NCBI GenBank assembly: GCA_045533905.1
Contig: JAZSIR010000023.1
Span: 1-52,723 of the forward strand
Origin: Clostridia bacterium
GTDB taxonomy: Bacteria; Bacillota; Clostridia; UMGS1883; UMGS1540
DNA: 52,723 nucleotides
Reading direction: 5' to 3'
Positions 9,933-19,483 of this stretch are shown here, one piece after another. The notes beneath the pieces were generated by a model, which worked only from the letters and a program-made list of their open reading frames with translations, did no database searches and was not told the DNA's origin. The position numbers were made by a program, and so were the translations under genes. Numbering within the stretch: position 1 is the first letter of the stretch; every line of letters begins with the position of its first letter.

Positions 9933-10799
9933 TTACGGTTTTAAGGGGGAAAATCCTTGCCCGTTTACTTCACGGGCATCGCTTATGACTACGAAAGCAG
10001 ACGGGTCAATTTCGCGTATGATGTTTTTGATGTGCGCCATATCATGGCGGTACATCGTGCAAAGAAGAACGGTGCGGTCTTCGTTTGTGTACATACCAAC
10101 GCCCGAAAGACGCGTGACACCTCGTCCTGTCTCGCACATGATGCGCTTGGAAATTTCGTCACCACTCTGGCTTATGATATAGGTGAATTTCGTGGCAGTG
10201 CCGCCTTCGTTTAAAATATCAATCATACGGCTGGAGATGACCATGGCAATGATAGCGTAAAGGCTGAGCTTGATATTTCCGTATACAGCGCTTTGAATGG
10301 CGATAATAATAAGGTCACAGCAAAGGATGGCGCGCCCGAGCTGCAGCGTGGGCTTTTTGGATTTAATGAGCCAACCTAAGATATCAGTGCCGCCCGAGGA
10401 GCCGCCTGCATAGAGAATGAGGCCGTAGCCGAGGCCGATAAAGAAACCACCGAAGATGGCAGAAATAATCAGATCATCACCAATGCCTAAAATGGCAGGG
10501 TCAATTTTTCCCACAAGGTCAATGAAAACAGCGTTTGCGGCCATACCGAGAAGACTTTTAACAAAGAAGTCCCGCCCGAGGACACGAAGCCCCATAATAA
10601 AGAGGGGAATGTTGATAATCGCGTACCATGTACCGACCGAGAGGGGAACCACGGAAGAAAGCATGTCCGCCACACTTGTAACGCCGCCCGGCGCAATATG
10701 ATGCGGAAGGAGAAAGAAATTTAAGGCAAATGCCGCCGAAAGGGCGCCTAACAAGATAAGAAGTGTGCTTTTAACATATTTCGTCATAGAGAAAATCAA
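9933..10799 (-). CDS. YitT family membrane protein (DUF161/DUF2179)
   Basis: APGGV, NIPLF, SSGGTD, RGVT..G.GMYT and DPSAFV motifs; alternative ATG start at 10787. Confidence 0.88.
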   Translation of the reverse strand: MIFSMTKYVKSTLLILLGALSAAFALNFFLLPHHIAPGGVTSVADMLSSVVPLSVGTWYAIINIPLFIMGLRVLGRDFFVKSLLGMAANAVFIDLVGKIDPAILGIGDDLIISAIFGGFFIGLGYGLILYAGGSSGGTDILGWLIKSKKPTLQLGRAILCCDLIIIAIQSAVYGNIKLSLYAIIAMVISSRMIDILNEGGTATKFTYIISQSGDEISKRIMCETGRGVTRLSGVGMYTNEDRTVLLCTMYRHDMAHIKNIIREIDPSAFVVISDAREVNGQGFSPLKP

Positions 10800-11157
10800 A
10801 CACCTTTCCTAAAAGGAAGGAGAGCCTGTCTGTCTGCTCTTCCAAGTATAAATGCCCAACCAAAGCCTCAAGACCTGTGGCGTGGCGGTAATGAATCACA
10901 TCTGCATTTTTGGGTACGGTGCCGGATTTTGCGTTGCGCCCGTGTTTGAATACCTGCATCTCTTCTTCCGTAAGAAGGGGAGATATGTGCTGCATAGCGC
11001 GAAACTGCGCCGCAGCGCAAACCATGCGCGAGGCCTTGTGATGAAGTGCATTCACCGTGGCCGCGCCGCACTCTGAAAGGCGCTTTCGTATGTATAACCC
11101 GTACACCGCATCGCCTACAAAGGCGAGAACGAGGGGCGCATTTATGCTCTGTGCCAT
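10771..11157 (-). CDS. mrnC: Mini-ribonuclease III
   Basis: [13 protein letters not shown] and [15 protein letters not shown] motifs; overlaps the end of cysS as is typical. Confidence 0.92.
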   Translation of the reverse strand: MAQSINAPLVLAFVGDAVYGLYIRKRLSECGAATVNALHHKASRMVCAAAQFRAMQHISPLLTEEEMQVFKHGRNAKSGTVPKNADVIHYRHATGLEALVGHLYLEEQTDRLSFLLGKVFDFLYDEIC

Positions 11158-12515
11158 TTTACGCCCTCACGTGTATCTTCTAAAATAATGCCCATTTCGA
11201 GAAGCTCGGCGCGAATCGCATCGGCTGCGGCAAAATCTTTCTGGCGGCGTGCGGCCTGGCGCTTTTCAATGAGGGCCTCTACTTCTGCATCCACTTCGCC
11301 CGTACGGTCACCCTGGAGTATTCCGAGAATGCCGGAAAGCTCGTCGAAAGCGGCAAGGCAGGCACCGGCAGCATTTTCGCCGCCTGCATCTAAAAGAACG
11401 TTGATGGCGCGTGCCATTTCAAAAAGGGCAGAGATGGCATCGGCCGTGTTCAGATCATCATCCATCGCCGCGAGGAACTTGGTACGCTTTTCTGCAATTT
11501 CCTCGGGGAGTGCGCCGTCACCCTTCGGGAGTGCCATAAGGCGCTCGCGCACGGTGTAGAGTCTTTCAAGACCGGTTTTTGCGGCGGCCATTAAAGAGTC
11601 GCTAAAGTTAATGGGGCTTCTGTAATGCGCAGAAAGCATAAAGAAGCGCACAACTTCGGGTGCGTATTTCGCAATAATATCGCGCACGGTGAAGAAGTTC
11701 CCCTTGGATTTCGACATCTTTACATTGTCAATATTAATATAGCCGTTATGGAGCCAGTAGCGTGCAAACGGTGCGCCGTTATGCGCGCATTCGCTCTGTG
11801 CAATTTCATTTTCGTGGTGGGGGAAGATAAGGTCCTTACCGCCGCTGTGGATATCGATGGTTTCGCCGAGGTAGCGGCACGCCATTGCGGAGCACTCAAT
11901 ATGCCAGCCGGGGCGACCCATACCCCAAGGGCTTTCCCAGGCGATTTCCGTATCGACCTTGCGCTTTTTCCAAAGTGCAAAATCGAGCGGATCCTCCTTG
12001 CGCTCATCTATACTGATGCGCGCGCCGGAAACAAGCTCTTCAAGCGGCTGATGGCTCAGCTTTCCATAGTCTTTAAATTTTTTGGTGGAGAAGTATACGT
12101 CACCGTCTACTTCGTATGCAAAACCCTTTTCGATAAGGTCGGAAACGAGGGTGATGATAGCGTCAATATTTTCCGTAGCACGGGGATGTACGCTTGCTTT
12201 TTCAATGCCGAGCGCCTCTGCATCTTCAAAGTATGCCTGTATGTATTTTTCGGCAAGAAGCGGCACGGTGGTACCTTCTTCCTCTGCACGGTTTATAAGC
12301 TTATCGTCTACATCCGTGAAGTTCTGCACAAAGGTTACCTTATAGCCGAGATAGCGAAGATAGCGGCGGAGCGTATCAAACACAATAAATGGACGTGCAT
12401 TTCCGATATGGAAATAGTTATATACCGTAGGCCCGCAGGAGTACATTTTTACTTCGCCCGGCACAAGCGGCACAAACTCTTCTTTTTGTCTTGTCATTGT
12501 ATTATAAAGCTGCAT
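11142..12515 (-). CDS. cysS: Cysteinyl-tRNA synthetase
   Basis: [20 protein letters not shown] and KMSKS motifs; start at MQLYNTM. Confidence 0.97.
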   Translation of the reverse strand: MQLYNTMTRQKEEFVPLVPGEVKMYSCGPTVYNYFHIGNARPFIVFDTLRRYLRYLGYKVTFVQNFTDVDDKLINRAEEEGTTVPLLAEKYIQAYFEDAEALGIEKASVHPRATENIDAIITLVSDLIEKGFAYEVDGDVYFSTKKFKDYGKLSHQPLEELVSGARISIDERKEDPLDFALWKKRKVDTEIAWESPWGMGRPGWHIECSAMACRYLGETIDIHSGGKDLIFPHHENEIAQSECAHNGAPFARYWLHNGYINIDNVKMSKSKGNFFTVRDIIAKYAPEVVRFFMLSAHYRSPINFSDSLMAAAKTGLERLYTVRERLMALPKGDGALPEEIAEKRTKFLAAMDDDLNTADAISALFEMARAINVLLDAGGENAAGACLAAFDELSGILGILQGDRTGEVDAEVEALIEKRQAARRQKDFAAADAIRAELLEMGIILEDTREGVKWHRA

Positions 12516-12564
12516 CCGAAAATCGTTCCTTTCCTTGCAATCAAACAAAAAAAATTCTCTTTAT

Positions 12565-12594
12565 ATTGTACCACGCCCCAAGGCGAAAAGTCAA
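12565..12594 (-). promoter_or_regulatory. Sigma-A-like promoter for the cysS operon
   Basis: Minus strand TTGACT-18 bp-TACAAT with TG extension. Confidence 0.55.
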
Positions 12595-12642
12595 CCTTTT
12601 TTTGCCGTAAAAAAGGGAATTTTCCACAGAAAAAACTGTACC

Positions 12643-12671
12643 GAATAGAAAAAGATTTTTGCGGCATACTA
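12643..12671 (+). promoter_or_regulatory. Putative forespore sigma-G/F-type promoter
   Basis: GAATA-17 bp-CATACTA upstream of the VanW-domain gene. Confidence 0.45.
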
Positions 12672-12693
12672 AACGGGAAAAGGAGTGAAATGT

Positions 12694-13278
12694 ATGAAAA
12701 TCATTTTTGCACTTTTGGTAGTTTTAATGCTTGGCGGTTGCAGGATGGAAACGAAGGACATCCCGATGCCGAGCGAGATGCCGCAAATTATACCGACAGC
12801 TACCCCCGAGGCGACGGAAACTCCCGTCGCCCTCGGCGGTTTTGAAACAGAAATTCTGGATGCCGAGCCGAGCCGCGTGCGGAATTTAGAGCTTTGTGCC
12901 GCCGCGCTAAATGGCGTAAAAGTAGAGCCCGGTGCCGAATTTTCTTTTAATGGCACCGTGGGGGAACGCACGAGCGCAAAGGGGTATGAGAAAGCCAAAG
13001 TGCTGATAGAAGGAAAGCGCGAGTATGCCGTAGGCGGTGGCGTTTGCCAGATTTCAAGCACCCTTTTTAATGCCGCCGAGGCGGCAGGTATGGAAATCCT
13101 CGAACGGCATAATCACACAAATGATGTCCATTATATAGAAATCGGGCGCGATGCGGCCGTTGCCTTCGGCACGCAGGATTTTCGCTTTCGAAACCCTCTT
13201 CCGGATACTGTACAAATCACCGTTTCTATCGGCGAGGGCAAAGTGAAAACAGGAATTTATAAACTCGGGAAAGCATAG
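12694..13278 (+). CDS. VanW-domain (YoaR-like) lipoprotein
   Basis: FSFN..VG.R....GY, GGGVCQISSTLFNA, ERHNH and GRDAAV motifs; lipobox LGGC. Confidence 0.85.
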   Translation: MKIIFALLVVLMLGGCRMETKDIPMPSEMPQIIPTATPEATETPVALGGFETEILDAEPSRVRNLELCAAALNGVKVEPGAEFSFNGTVGERTSAKGYEKAKVLIEGKREYAVGGGVCQISSTLFNAAEAAGMEILERHNHTNDVHYIEIGRDAAVAFGTQDFRFRNPLPDTVQITVSIGEGKVKTGIYKLGKA

Positions 13279-13299
13279 CGCGCAGTACTTATCGGAAAG

Positions 13300-13344
13300 A
13301 ACAAAATCACCCTCTTTTCCATATTGTGCAAAGGGGGTGATTTT
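13300..13344 (+). promoter_or_regulatory. Putative sigma-K/E-type promoter overlapping an RBS-sequestering hairpin
   Basis: AACA-16 bp-CATATTGT; stem AAAATCACCCTCTTT / AAAGGGGGTGATTTT covers the RBS. Confidence 0.5.
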
Positions 13345-13824
13345 TTGCCAACGCGACCATTTAGACGCGACCTTGCCGTGCGCTACGCCGAAAAGTGGGC
13401 ATACGGGAGAAACCCTGCCTATTACGATTTTTCGGAGCTAGGCGGCGATTGCACCAATTTCATTTCGCAGTGCCTCTATGCGGGAAGCGGCGTTATGAAT
13501 TTCACACCCGAAACCGGCTGGTATTACCGAAATATAAACGACCGCGCACCTGCGTGGACGGGTGTGCGGTTTTTATACGATTTTCTCATTCGCAATCGCG
13601 AAAAGGGACCGTATGCTACGGAAACCGACGCGAGAGAAATGGAACTTGGTGACGTGATTCAGCTGGGGGCGGGCGACAGGTTTTATCATTCGCTTCTCGT
13701 AACCGGAATAGAAGGAGATGCGATTTTTGTGGCGGCGCATACGTTCAATGCTTACATGCGCCCGCTTTCGAGCTATAGGTATGATAAGGCAAGGTTTTTG
13801 CACATAGAAGGCGTTTATGTATAA
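13345..13824 (+). CDS. Putative amidase domain protein (Amidase_6 / YhbB-like)
   Basis: AVRYAEKWA..RNP.Y, GGDCTNFISQCLYAG, GDVIQL, HS and AAHT motifs; TTG start after GGGGGTGA. Confidence 0.8.
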   Translation: MPTRPFRRDLAVRYAEKWAYGRNPAYYDFSELGGDCTNFISQCLYAGSGVMNFTPETGWYYRNINDRAPAWTGVRFLYDFLIRNREKGPYATETDAREMELGDVIQLGAGDRFYHSLLVTGIEGDAIFVAAHTFNAYMRPLSSYRYDKARFLHIEGVYV

Positions 13825-13825
13825 G

Positions 13826-13852
13826 AAAGACCCGCCACGTGGCGGGTCTTTT
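13826..13852. terminator. Bidirectional intrinsic terminator
   Basis: AAAGACCCGCCA-cg-TGGCGGGTCTTT between convergent genes. Confidence 0.8.
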
Positions 13853-15028
13853 CTATTCAATGGCAAACGCTTCTCGGATTTTGGTGCCGAGGTCCTCGGG
13901 CGTCAGATTATGCACACCTTGCAAAATGGCAATACCAAGTTCCTCTGCACGCTCGGTAAACGATTCGTCCGGCACAAAACTCGTGAGAACCAGAAGCTTT
14001 TTCGCGCAGCCGCGGCCAAAGCGGTCGGCCACAACAGCGATTTTATAAAGCTCGTCAGAATCGACAAAGCCGTTCTTGCAGGAGACGATGTGCGGACAAA
14101 GTCCCCGCATCAAAAATACGTCCACTTCGTTTAATACATCATCCCGCGGATAGGGGGAGGGGATGGCATCCCAGTCCATCACAACGCCCGTGGCCGCATC
14201 GGTAAAGGGCGTATTTCCTGCGATAAATGCCGCGTGGTATACATAAAGCTCGAGCACGGAGCCTTCCTTCACAAGTGCAGTTTGCACGGCTTCGCTCTTG
14301 TAGCGGAAGGACATAAAGTCCCCTTTTTCGCGGAAGTCGACAAGGGCACCGACTGCGGCGAGCGCGCGCACCGTTTTGCGGAGATTTTCGGCTTTGTGCG
14401 GTGCAAATTTCTTGAAGACCGCATTCATATGGAGTTCGCCAAACATTTCCTCGGGACGGCAGAATGCATGCAGTGCGCTTATGGCACTGTTCCAGGTGGC
14501 AGGGTCGCGATGTGCCACAGACCACACGAGAAGCACATCCTCCCAGAAGTCAACAGACTGCGGAATCGGGAGTGCCTCCGTCACATTTCCGCCGTGGAGA
14601 TACACATTCTCGGCAATCGAAAGTGCCGCTTTTCGGGGCTTCGGGTACGCGGCCTTAAAGGAAACCGGAGAAATCGAACCGGTGCACGGATCGACCGTAT
14701 GCATCGGCAGCGCGTATCTTTCCGAAAGCGCCCCCATCGAAACGAGGATTTCCGTCCGTCCGCCCGTAAGGTCAAACACACAACTTTTGTGGGAAAGAAG
14801 AATTTCCTCCAGTTTTTTTGTGATGGCGGCAAAATCCGTAGGATCCACCTGCACAACCTCTACCGAAAGCATACGTCCGCGGCTTAGGGAGAGCTTTTCC
14901 AGCTTTGTGCGAAACGAGAGCATCGGGATCATTTGTGCACCTACCAAAACCACCAAATCCGGGGCAAGGAGCAGGGTGCTTGCGGCATTATGTATAGGTG
15001 TGGAATCAAAAAATTCGATAATGGTCAC
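13853..15028 (-). CDS. Card1/Can2-like (DUF1887) CARF-domain protein with a C-terminal restriction-endonuclease-like domain
   Basis: N-terminal Rossmann-like CARF pattern (IEFFD.TP..N, FDLTGG); C-terminal G..LELYVY, NEVDVFL, SCKNG and ELYK; GTG start with GGAG RBS. Confidence 0.7.
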   Translation of the reverse strand: MTIIEFFDSTPIHNAASTLLLAPDLVVLVGAQMIPMLSFRTKLEKLSLSRGRMLSVEVVQVDPTDFAAITKKLEEILLSHKSCVFDLTGGRTEILVSMGALSERYALPMHTVDPCTGSISPVSFKAAYPKPRKAALSIAENVYLHGGNVTEALPIPQSVDFWEDVLLVWSVAHRDPATWNSAISALHAFCRPEEMFGELHMNAVFKKFAPHKAENLRKTVRALAAVGALVDFREKGDFMSFRYKSEAVQTALVKEGSVLELYVYHAAFIAGNTPFTDAATGVVMDWDAIPSPYPRDDVLNEVDVFLMRGLCPHIVSCKNGFVDSDELYKIAVVADRFGRGCAKKLLVLTSFVPDESFTERAEELGIAILQGVHNLTPEDLGTKIREAFAIE

Positions 15029-15040
15029 GGGTATGTCTCC

Positions 15041-18000
15041 TTATGCGTTCTTCGGAATATCGGAAATCTGCATCGAAAGTAGCTTCGAAACACCTTTTTC
15101 CTGCATCGTCACACCATAGAGAACATCTGCCGCTTCCATCGTGCCGCGGCGGTGTGTAACGATGATAAACTGTGTATCGGCGTAGTTACGGAGATACGCG
15201 GCAAAGCGGTCGATGTTATGGTCATCGAGGGCGGACTCGATTTCGTCCAGTATACAAAACGGCGCGGGTCTGACGCGAAGGACAGAGAAGAGGATGGCAA
15301 TGGCACAAAGCGCCTTTTCGCCGCCCGATAAAAGCGAAAGATTCTGGAGTTTCTTTCCGGGAGGCTGCACATCAATCTCAATGCCGCTTTCGAGTACATT
15401 TTCGGGGTCAGAAAGCGTGAGTTTTCCCGTGCCGCCGCCAAAGAGGGCGCGGAATGTATCTTTGAAATGCTCGGCGATTTCCGAAAACCTTTTTCCGAAG
15501 GTTTCGGTCATCACGCGCGTCATATCCGTAATAATCTTCTGAAGCTCGGCCATAGCCTTTTCAAGGTCGGCAATCTGGGAGGAGAGGAAGGCGTGGCGCG
15601 TCTTTACCTCTTCATATTCGGAAACGGCATCCACATTCACACTGCCGAGCGCACGGATGGCGCGGCGAAGCTGTGCCGCTTCTTCCTTGGCAGGCCCGAT
15701 GGGGCCGATATCCTTCTGGAACTCTGCGGCCGCGGAATAGGTAAGCTCATAGGCGTCCCAGAGATGTGTAATCGTCGTATCCAGAGAATCCTGCATTTTT
15801 TCGAGCTTTGCCTCAAGGCGGGTACGCTCTCCCTGCAGAGAATAGAGCGTTTCGTTCTGTGCTTTCATATCTTCGCGCATCTTTGCCGTACGGGCATCGG
15901 AGCCTTCCTTGTCCGTATGCATACGTGCGAGAGACTCTGTAAGTTCCTCCGCACGCTTTTTCGATTCTTCCACATCGAGAAGACGGTCGCGATGGCGGAG
16001 ACGAAGTGTCTCGACATTTTGCATAGCGAGGCGTTTCTGGTATTCTTTTTCCGCAATTTCGCCTTCTGTTTTTTGTATGGAGACGAGGAGCTGGTCGCGG
16101 TGCATAACCGCCGCCGTCATATCTCTTTCGGCAGAGTTTACCGAAACCTGCAAATCAGCAAGCGCATCGCGCCGCCTGCCTTGCGCCTCCATATATTCGC
16201 GTAAAAGCGCGCGGGCAGCTTCTGCTTTTTCGAGTGCCGCCGCGTGACGTGCGCGAAGGTCTGCCTCTGCTTTTTCAAGGCGCATGCGTTCTTTATCGGC
16301 GTTTTCCATCTGGAGAAAAGCGCTTTCAAGGTCGGCAGAAAGGCGGGCAAGAAGCTTTTCTTCATTCTCTTTTGCATCGGCGCAAAGCGAAATTTTGCCC
16401 TCGCAAGAGAGGAGAGACGCCTTTTTCTCGCCATGGGATTGCCGCACCGATTCCATATCGCGCGCGATATCGGAAAGACGATCGGAAAGCTCGTCGATTG
16501 TATCTTCTGCCTTCTCCATTTTGGCGGAAAGCGTCTTACATTCTTTTTCGAGCGCCGCAATTTCTTCGCCGCGCCCAAGGAGATTCCCCTGATTACCGCG
16601 GCTTCCGCCCGACATAGAGCCGCCGCGCTGGAGTACTTCGCCGTCCGTCGTTACAATTCTAAACTGATGCTTAAACTTTCTGGCGGCCGCGATGGCATTA
16701 TCCATATTGTCGATAATCACCGTGGTGCCGAGAAGCTGGGTAATAATTTCGCGGTAAGCGGCATCGGTTTCTACGAGATCGCATCCAAGACCGATAAAAC
16801 CGGGGCAGGAGGCGATATTTCTCTCATTTTCAAGGCGTCTTCCGCGCATAGCGGTAATCGGCAGGAATGTGGCGCGCCCAGCGCCGGTGCGCTTTAAGTA
16901 CGAAATGGCGGCCTTGGCATCCTCTTCGCTGCCGACTACAATGTTCTGAAGCGACCCACCAAGTGCCGTTTCAATGGCTACAAGATAGCGGGGTTCTACG
17001 GAAATCAGTTTCGACAAAACACCGCGGATATCTACCGTAAGATTTGCACCGAGGACTGCGCGAACGCCCTTCCCGTAGCCTTCCATATTCTGCTCCATAT
17101 CCGAAAGCACATTTTTTCTCGAAAGGCGCTGGTTATAGGTGCGCATCAGTTCGTTGTATGCATTTTTCTGTGCGGAAAGTGTATTTTCTGCCTTCGGCCG
17201 TTCCTCTTTCAGTTTCTCGAAAGCGGCAACTAAATCGGCGATAGCTTTTTTGAGTGTTTCTTTTTCCGTAAGGAGCGCGGCACTAGTCTTTTCATTTTCT
17301 GCAAGGCGGCGTTGCACTGCTTCCATTTCACCTTCCAGTTCCTCTTTCCGTGCTTCTAAATTATAGCCCGAAAGGGAGGATATGCGCCCTGTTATCTCTT
17401 CTGCCTGTGCCATAAGCTCGGCAGCGCCGGCAGATAAATCTTCTGCCACTTTCGATTGGGAAGTGATGGCATCGCCACTTTCCGAAAGGCGGGCACGCCC
17501 GCTTTCTACAGCCGCTTCCGCTTCCGAAAGTGCATTCTTTGCCGCTGCAATCTGTGCCTCGGCATTCCCTGCTTCTGCCCGAAGGACTTCGAGTGCCTTT
17601 TCGAGTGCCGCTTTCTCGGCTTCGTATTTTTCGGCCGTTCCCGTTTCCGTTTCCATACGCTGCAGAAGAAGGGCATTATCGCCCTCAAGGCCTTTTATGG
17701 AAAGGTCGGTCGAGTGGAGAAGGGCGCGCACGGCTTCCATTTCCGCATCGCGCGTCTTCATTTCGCTGTATAAAGCCTCTTCCTCCGCCTGCATGGCGGT
17801 AAGGCGGGCCGTTTCCGCTTCAAGCTGCGTGGAAACGGTCTCAAACAAAGCGGCAATTTCTGCCTTTTCTTTTTGCAATTTGTCAATATCTAAAATCGAA
17901 AGATTGATTTCGAGTGTTTTCAGTTTTTCGTATAAATCAAGGTATTCGCGCGCGCGGCGTGCCTGCGTCTCGAGGGGGCCGAGACGAGCAGAAAGCTCCC

Positions 18001-18595
18001 CGTGAATATCCCGCACGCGGTTTAGGTTATCTTCAGTAGTTACAAGCTTTCTCGTTGCTTCATTCTTTTTGTATTTGTATTTCGAAATGCCGGCGGCTTC
18101 TTCGAAAATCTGGCGTCTGTCCTCCGATTTTTGCGAGAGAATAGAATCAATCTGTCCCTGGCTTATAATGGAATACCCGTCACGCCCAAGACCTGTGTCC
18201 ATAAAAAGCTCATGAATGTCGCGAAGGCGGCAGGGGGCTTTGTTGATAAGGTATTCACTTTCGCCGCTACGGTACACTCTTCTCGTTACCGTAATTTCCG
18301 TATACGGACTTGAAAAAAGCCCGGAAGAATTGTCAAGCGTCAAAGACACTTCGGCAAAGCTTACGGGTTTATGTTTGGCGGTGCCGGCGAAGATAACATC
18401 TTCCATACGGCTGCCGCGGAGAGATTTTACGCTTTGTTCCCCAAGGACCCAGCGAATGGCGTCGGTAATATTACTCTTACCGCTGCCGTTAGGGCCGACA
18501 ATGGCGGTGATTGCATAGTCAAAAGAAACTGTAAGCTTATCCATAAACGATTTAAAGCCGTACATATCGAGTTTCTTTAAATACAATGCATTCAC
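15041..18595 (-). CDS. smc: Chromosome segregation protein SMC
   Basis: GPNGSGKSN Walker A, coiled coils, hinge (GRATFLP, GG.MSGG), LSGGE signature and LDEIE Walker B. Confidence 0.97.
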   Translation of the reverse strand: MNALYLKKLDMYGFKSFMDKLTVSFDYAITAIVGPNGSGKSNITDAIRWVLGEQSVKSLRGSRMEDVIFAGTAKHKPVSFAEVSLTLDNSSGLFSSPYTEITVTRRVYRSGESEYLINKAPCRLRDIHELFMDTGLGRDGYSIISQGQIDSILSQKSEDRRQIFEEAAGISKYKYKKNEATRKLVTTEDNLNRVRDIHGELSARLGPLETQARRAREYLDLYEKLKTLEINLSILDIDKLQKEKAEIAALFETVSTQLEAETARLTAMQAEEEALYSEMKTRDAEMEAVRALLHSTDLSIKGLEGDNALLLQRMETETGTAEKYEAEKAALEKALEVLRAEAGNAEAQIAAAKNALSEAEAAVESGRARLSESGDAITSQSKVAEDLSAGAAELMAQAEEITGRISSLSGYNLEARKEELEGEMEAVQRRLAENEKTSAALLTEKETLKKAIADLVAAFEKLKEERPKAENTLSAQKNAYNELMRTYNQRLSRKNVLSDMEQNMEGYGKGVRAVLGANLTVDIRGVLSKLISVEPRYLVAIETALGGSLQNIVVGSEEDAKAAISYLKRTGAGRATFLPITAMRGRRLENERNIASCPGFIGLGCDLVETDAAYREIITQLLGTTVIIDNMDNAIAAARKFKHQFRIVTTDGEVLQRGGSMSGGSRGNQGNLLGRGEEIAALEKECKTLSAKMEKAEDTIDELSDRLSDIARDMESVRQSHGEKKASLLSCEGKISLCADAKENEEKLLARLSADLESAFLQMENADKERMRLEKAEADLRARHAAALEKAEAARALLREYMEAQGRRRDALADLQVSVNSAERDMTAAVMHRDQLLVSIQKTEGEIAEKEYQKRLAMQNVETLRLRHRDRLLDVEESKKRAEELTESLARMHTDKEGSDARTAKMREDMKAQNETLYSLQGERTRLEAKLEKMQDSLDTTITHLWDAYELTYSAAAEFQKDIGPIGPAKEEAAQLRRAIRALGSVNVDAVSEYEEVKTRHAFLSSQIADLEKAMAELQKIITDMTRVMTETFGKRFSEIAEHFKDTFRALFGGGTGKLTLSDPENVLESGIEIDVQPPGKKLQNLSLLSGGEKALCAIAILFSVLRVRPAPFCILDEIESALDDHNIDRFAAYLRNYADTQFIIVTHRRGTMEAADVLYGVTMQEKGVSKLLSMQISDIPKNA

Positions 18596-18623
18596 CGCCT
18601 TTCTTTTGTTCTTTTTGAGAGTA

Positions 18624-19463
18624 CTACTTTACATAAATGATACCGATCGTGCCGGGGCCGCAATGGCTTGAAATTACACAGCCGGCATCGGTTTCGTAAA
18701 TCGTTTCAAAAAGGTTTGCATTTTGCAGTGCTTCTCGCGCCGCGTCTAGAATTTCTGCATCGACACCGGAGTTGGCTAAAATAACATAGGAAGAAGCCGG
18801 CGGAATTTCCGAAAGCCGCTCTTCAATGTATTTCGAAACAATCATCTTAAATTTACCGCGGTATTTTTTCTCCATACCGAGCATACCGTCTGTAATGGCA
18901 ATGCAAGGCTTTATGCCGAGGAGGTTGGCGCCGAGCGCCGTCACGCCGCTGCATCTGCCGCCTTTGTGCATGTAGTCGAGCCTGTCGAGTACAAAGCTTA
19001 CATCACAGCGGGCGGAGAAGGCCGCGCATTCTTCTTGGATGGCCGCCGCCTCCATGCCACTTTCGCGAAGCGAGATGGCGTGGAGAAGTACAAGCGCCTC
19101 ACCCGAGGAGAGGGAATTTGTATCTACAACGAATACATTTTCAAATTCTGCCGCCGCAATGCACGCGTTTTGGCAAGCGGAGGAGAAGCGGGAGCCGATC
19201 GAGAAATAGACAACAGCATCGCCTTTTTCCAAAAGTTCGCGGAAGAAATCTTCAAATACCGCGGGTGCGATGGCGGCCGTTTTCGGCATCATACCGGTCT
19301 CTTTTTCTTTTTGGTACAGTACATCGCGCGTGATGGTTACGCCGTCGATAAAATCTTCATCGCCAAAGCTGATGTGATAAGGAAGCACAGAAACAGCATT
19401 GTCTGTGAGAAAATGCTTCGGGATATCACAGGAACTGTCTGTGGCAAATACTATTTTCTGCAT
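18624..19463 (-). CDS. DegV family fatty-acid-binding protein
   Basis: TDSSCD, PKTA, KGGR, LGIKP and HCGPGTIG motifs; alternative start at 19472. Confidence 0.9.
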   Translation of the reverse strand: MQKIVFATDSSCDIPKHFLTDNAVSVLPYHISFGDEDFIDGVTITRDVLYQKEKETGMMPKTAAIAPAVFEDFFRELLEKGDAVVYFSIGSRFSSACQNACIAAAEFENVFVVDTNSLSSGEALVLLHAISLRESGMEAAAIQEECAAFSARCDVSFVLDRLDYMHKGGRCSGVTALGANLLGIKPCIAITDGMLGMEKKYRGKFKMIVSKYIEERLSEIPPASSYVILANSGVDAEILDAAREALQNANLFETIYETDAGCVISSHCGPGTIGIIYVK

Positions 19464-19483
19464 AGGTAACATCCTTTCCGGAA

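Noticed and set aside
12516-12690. T-box leaders upstream of cysS (and argS) or a lysine riboswitch upstream of asd
   Set aside because: The leaders are too short and lack the T-box consensus and terminator; asd has only an 11-nt gap.
8844-12845. Long plus-strand ORFs 8844-9944 and 11625-12845
   Set aside because: They lie opposite transketolase and cysS and are typical antisense open frames.
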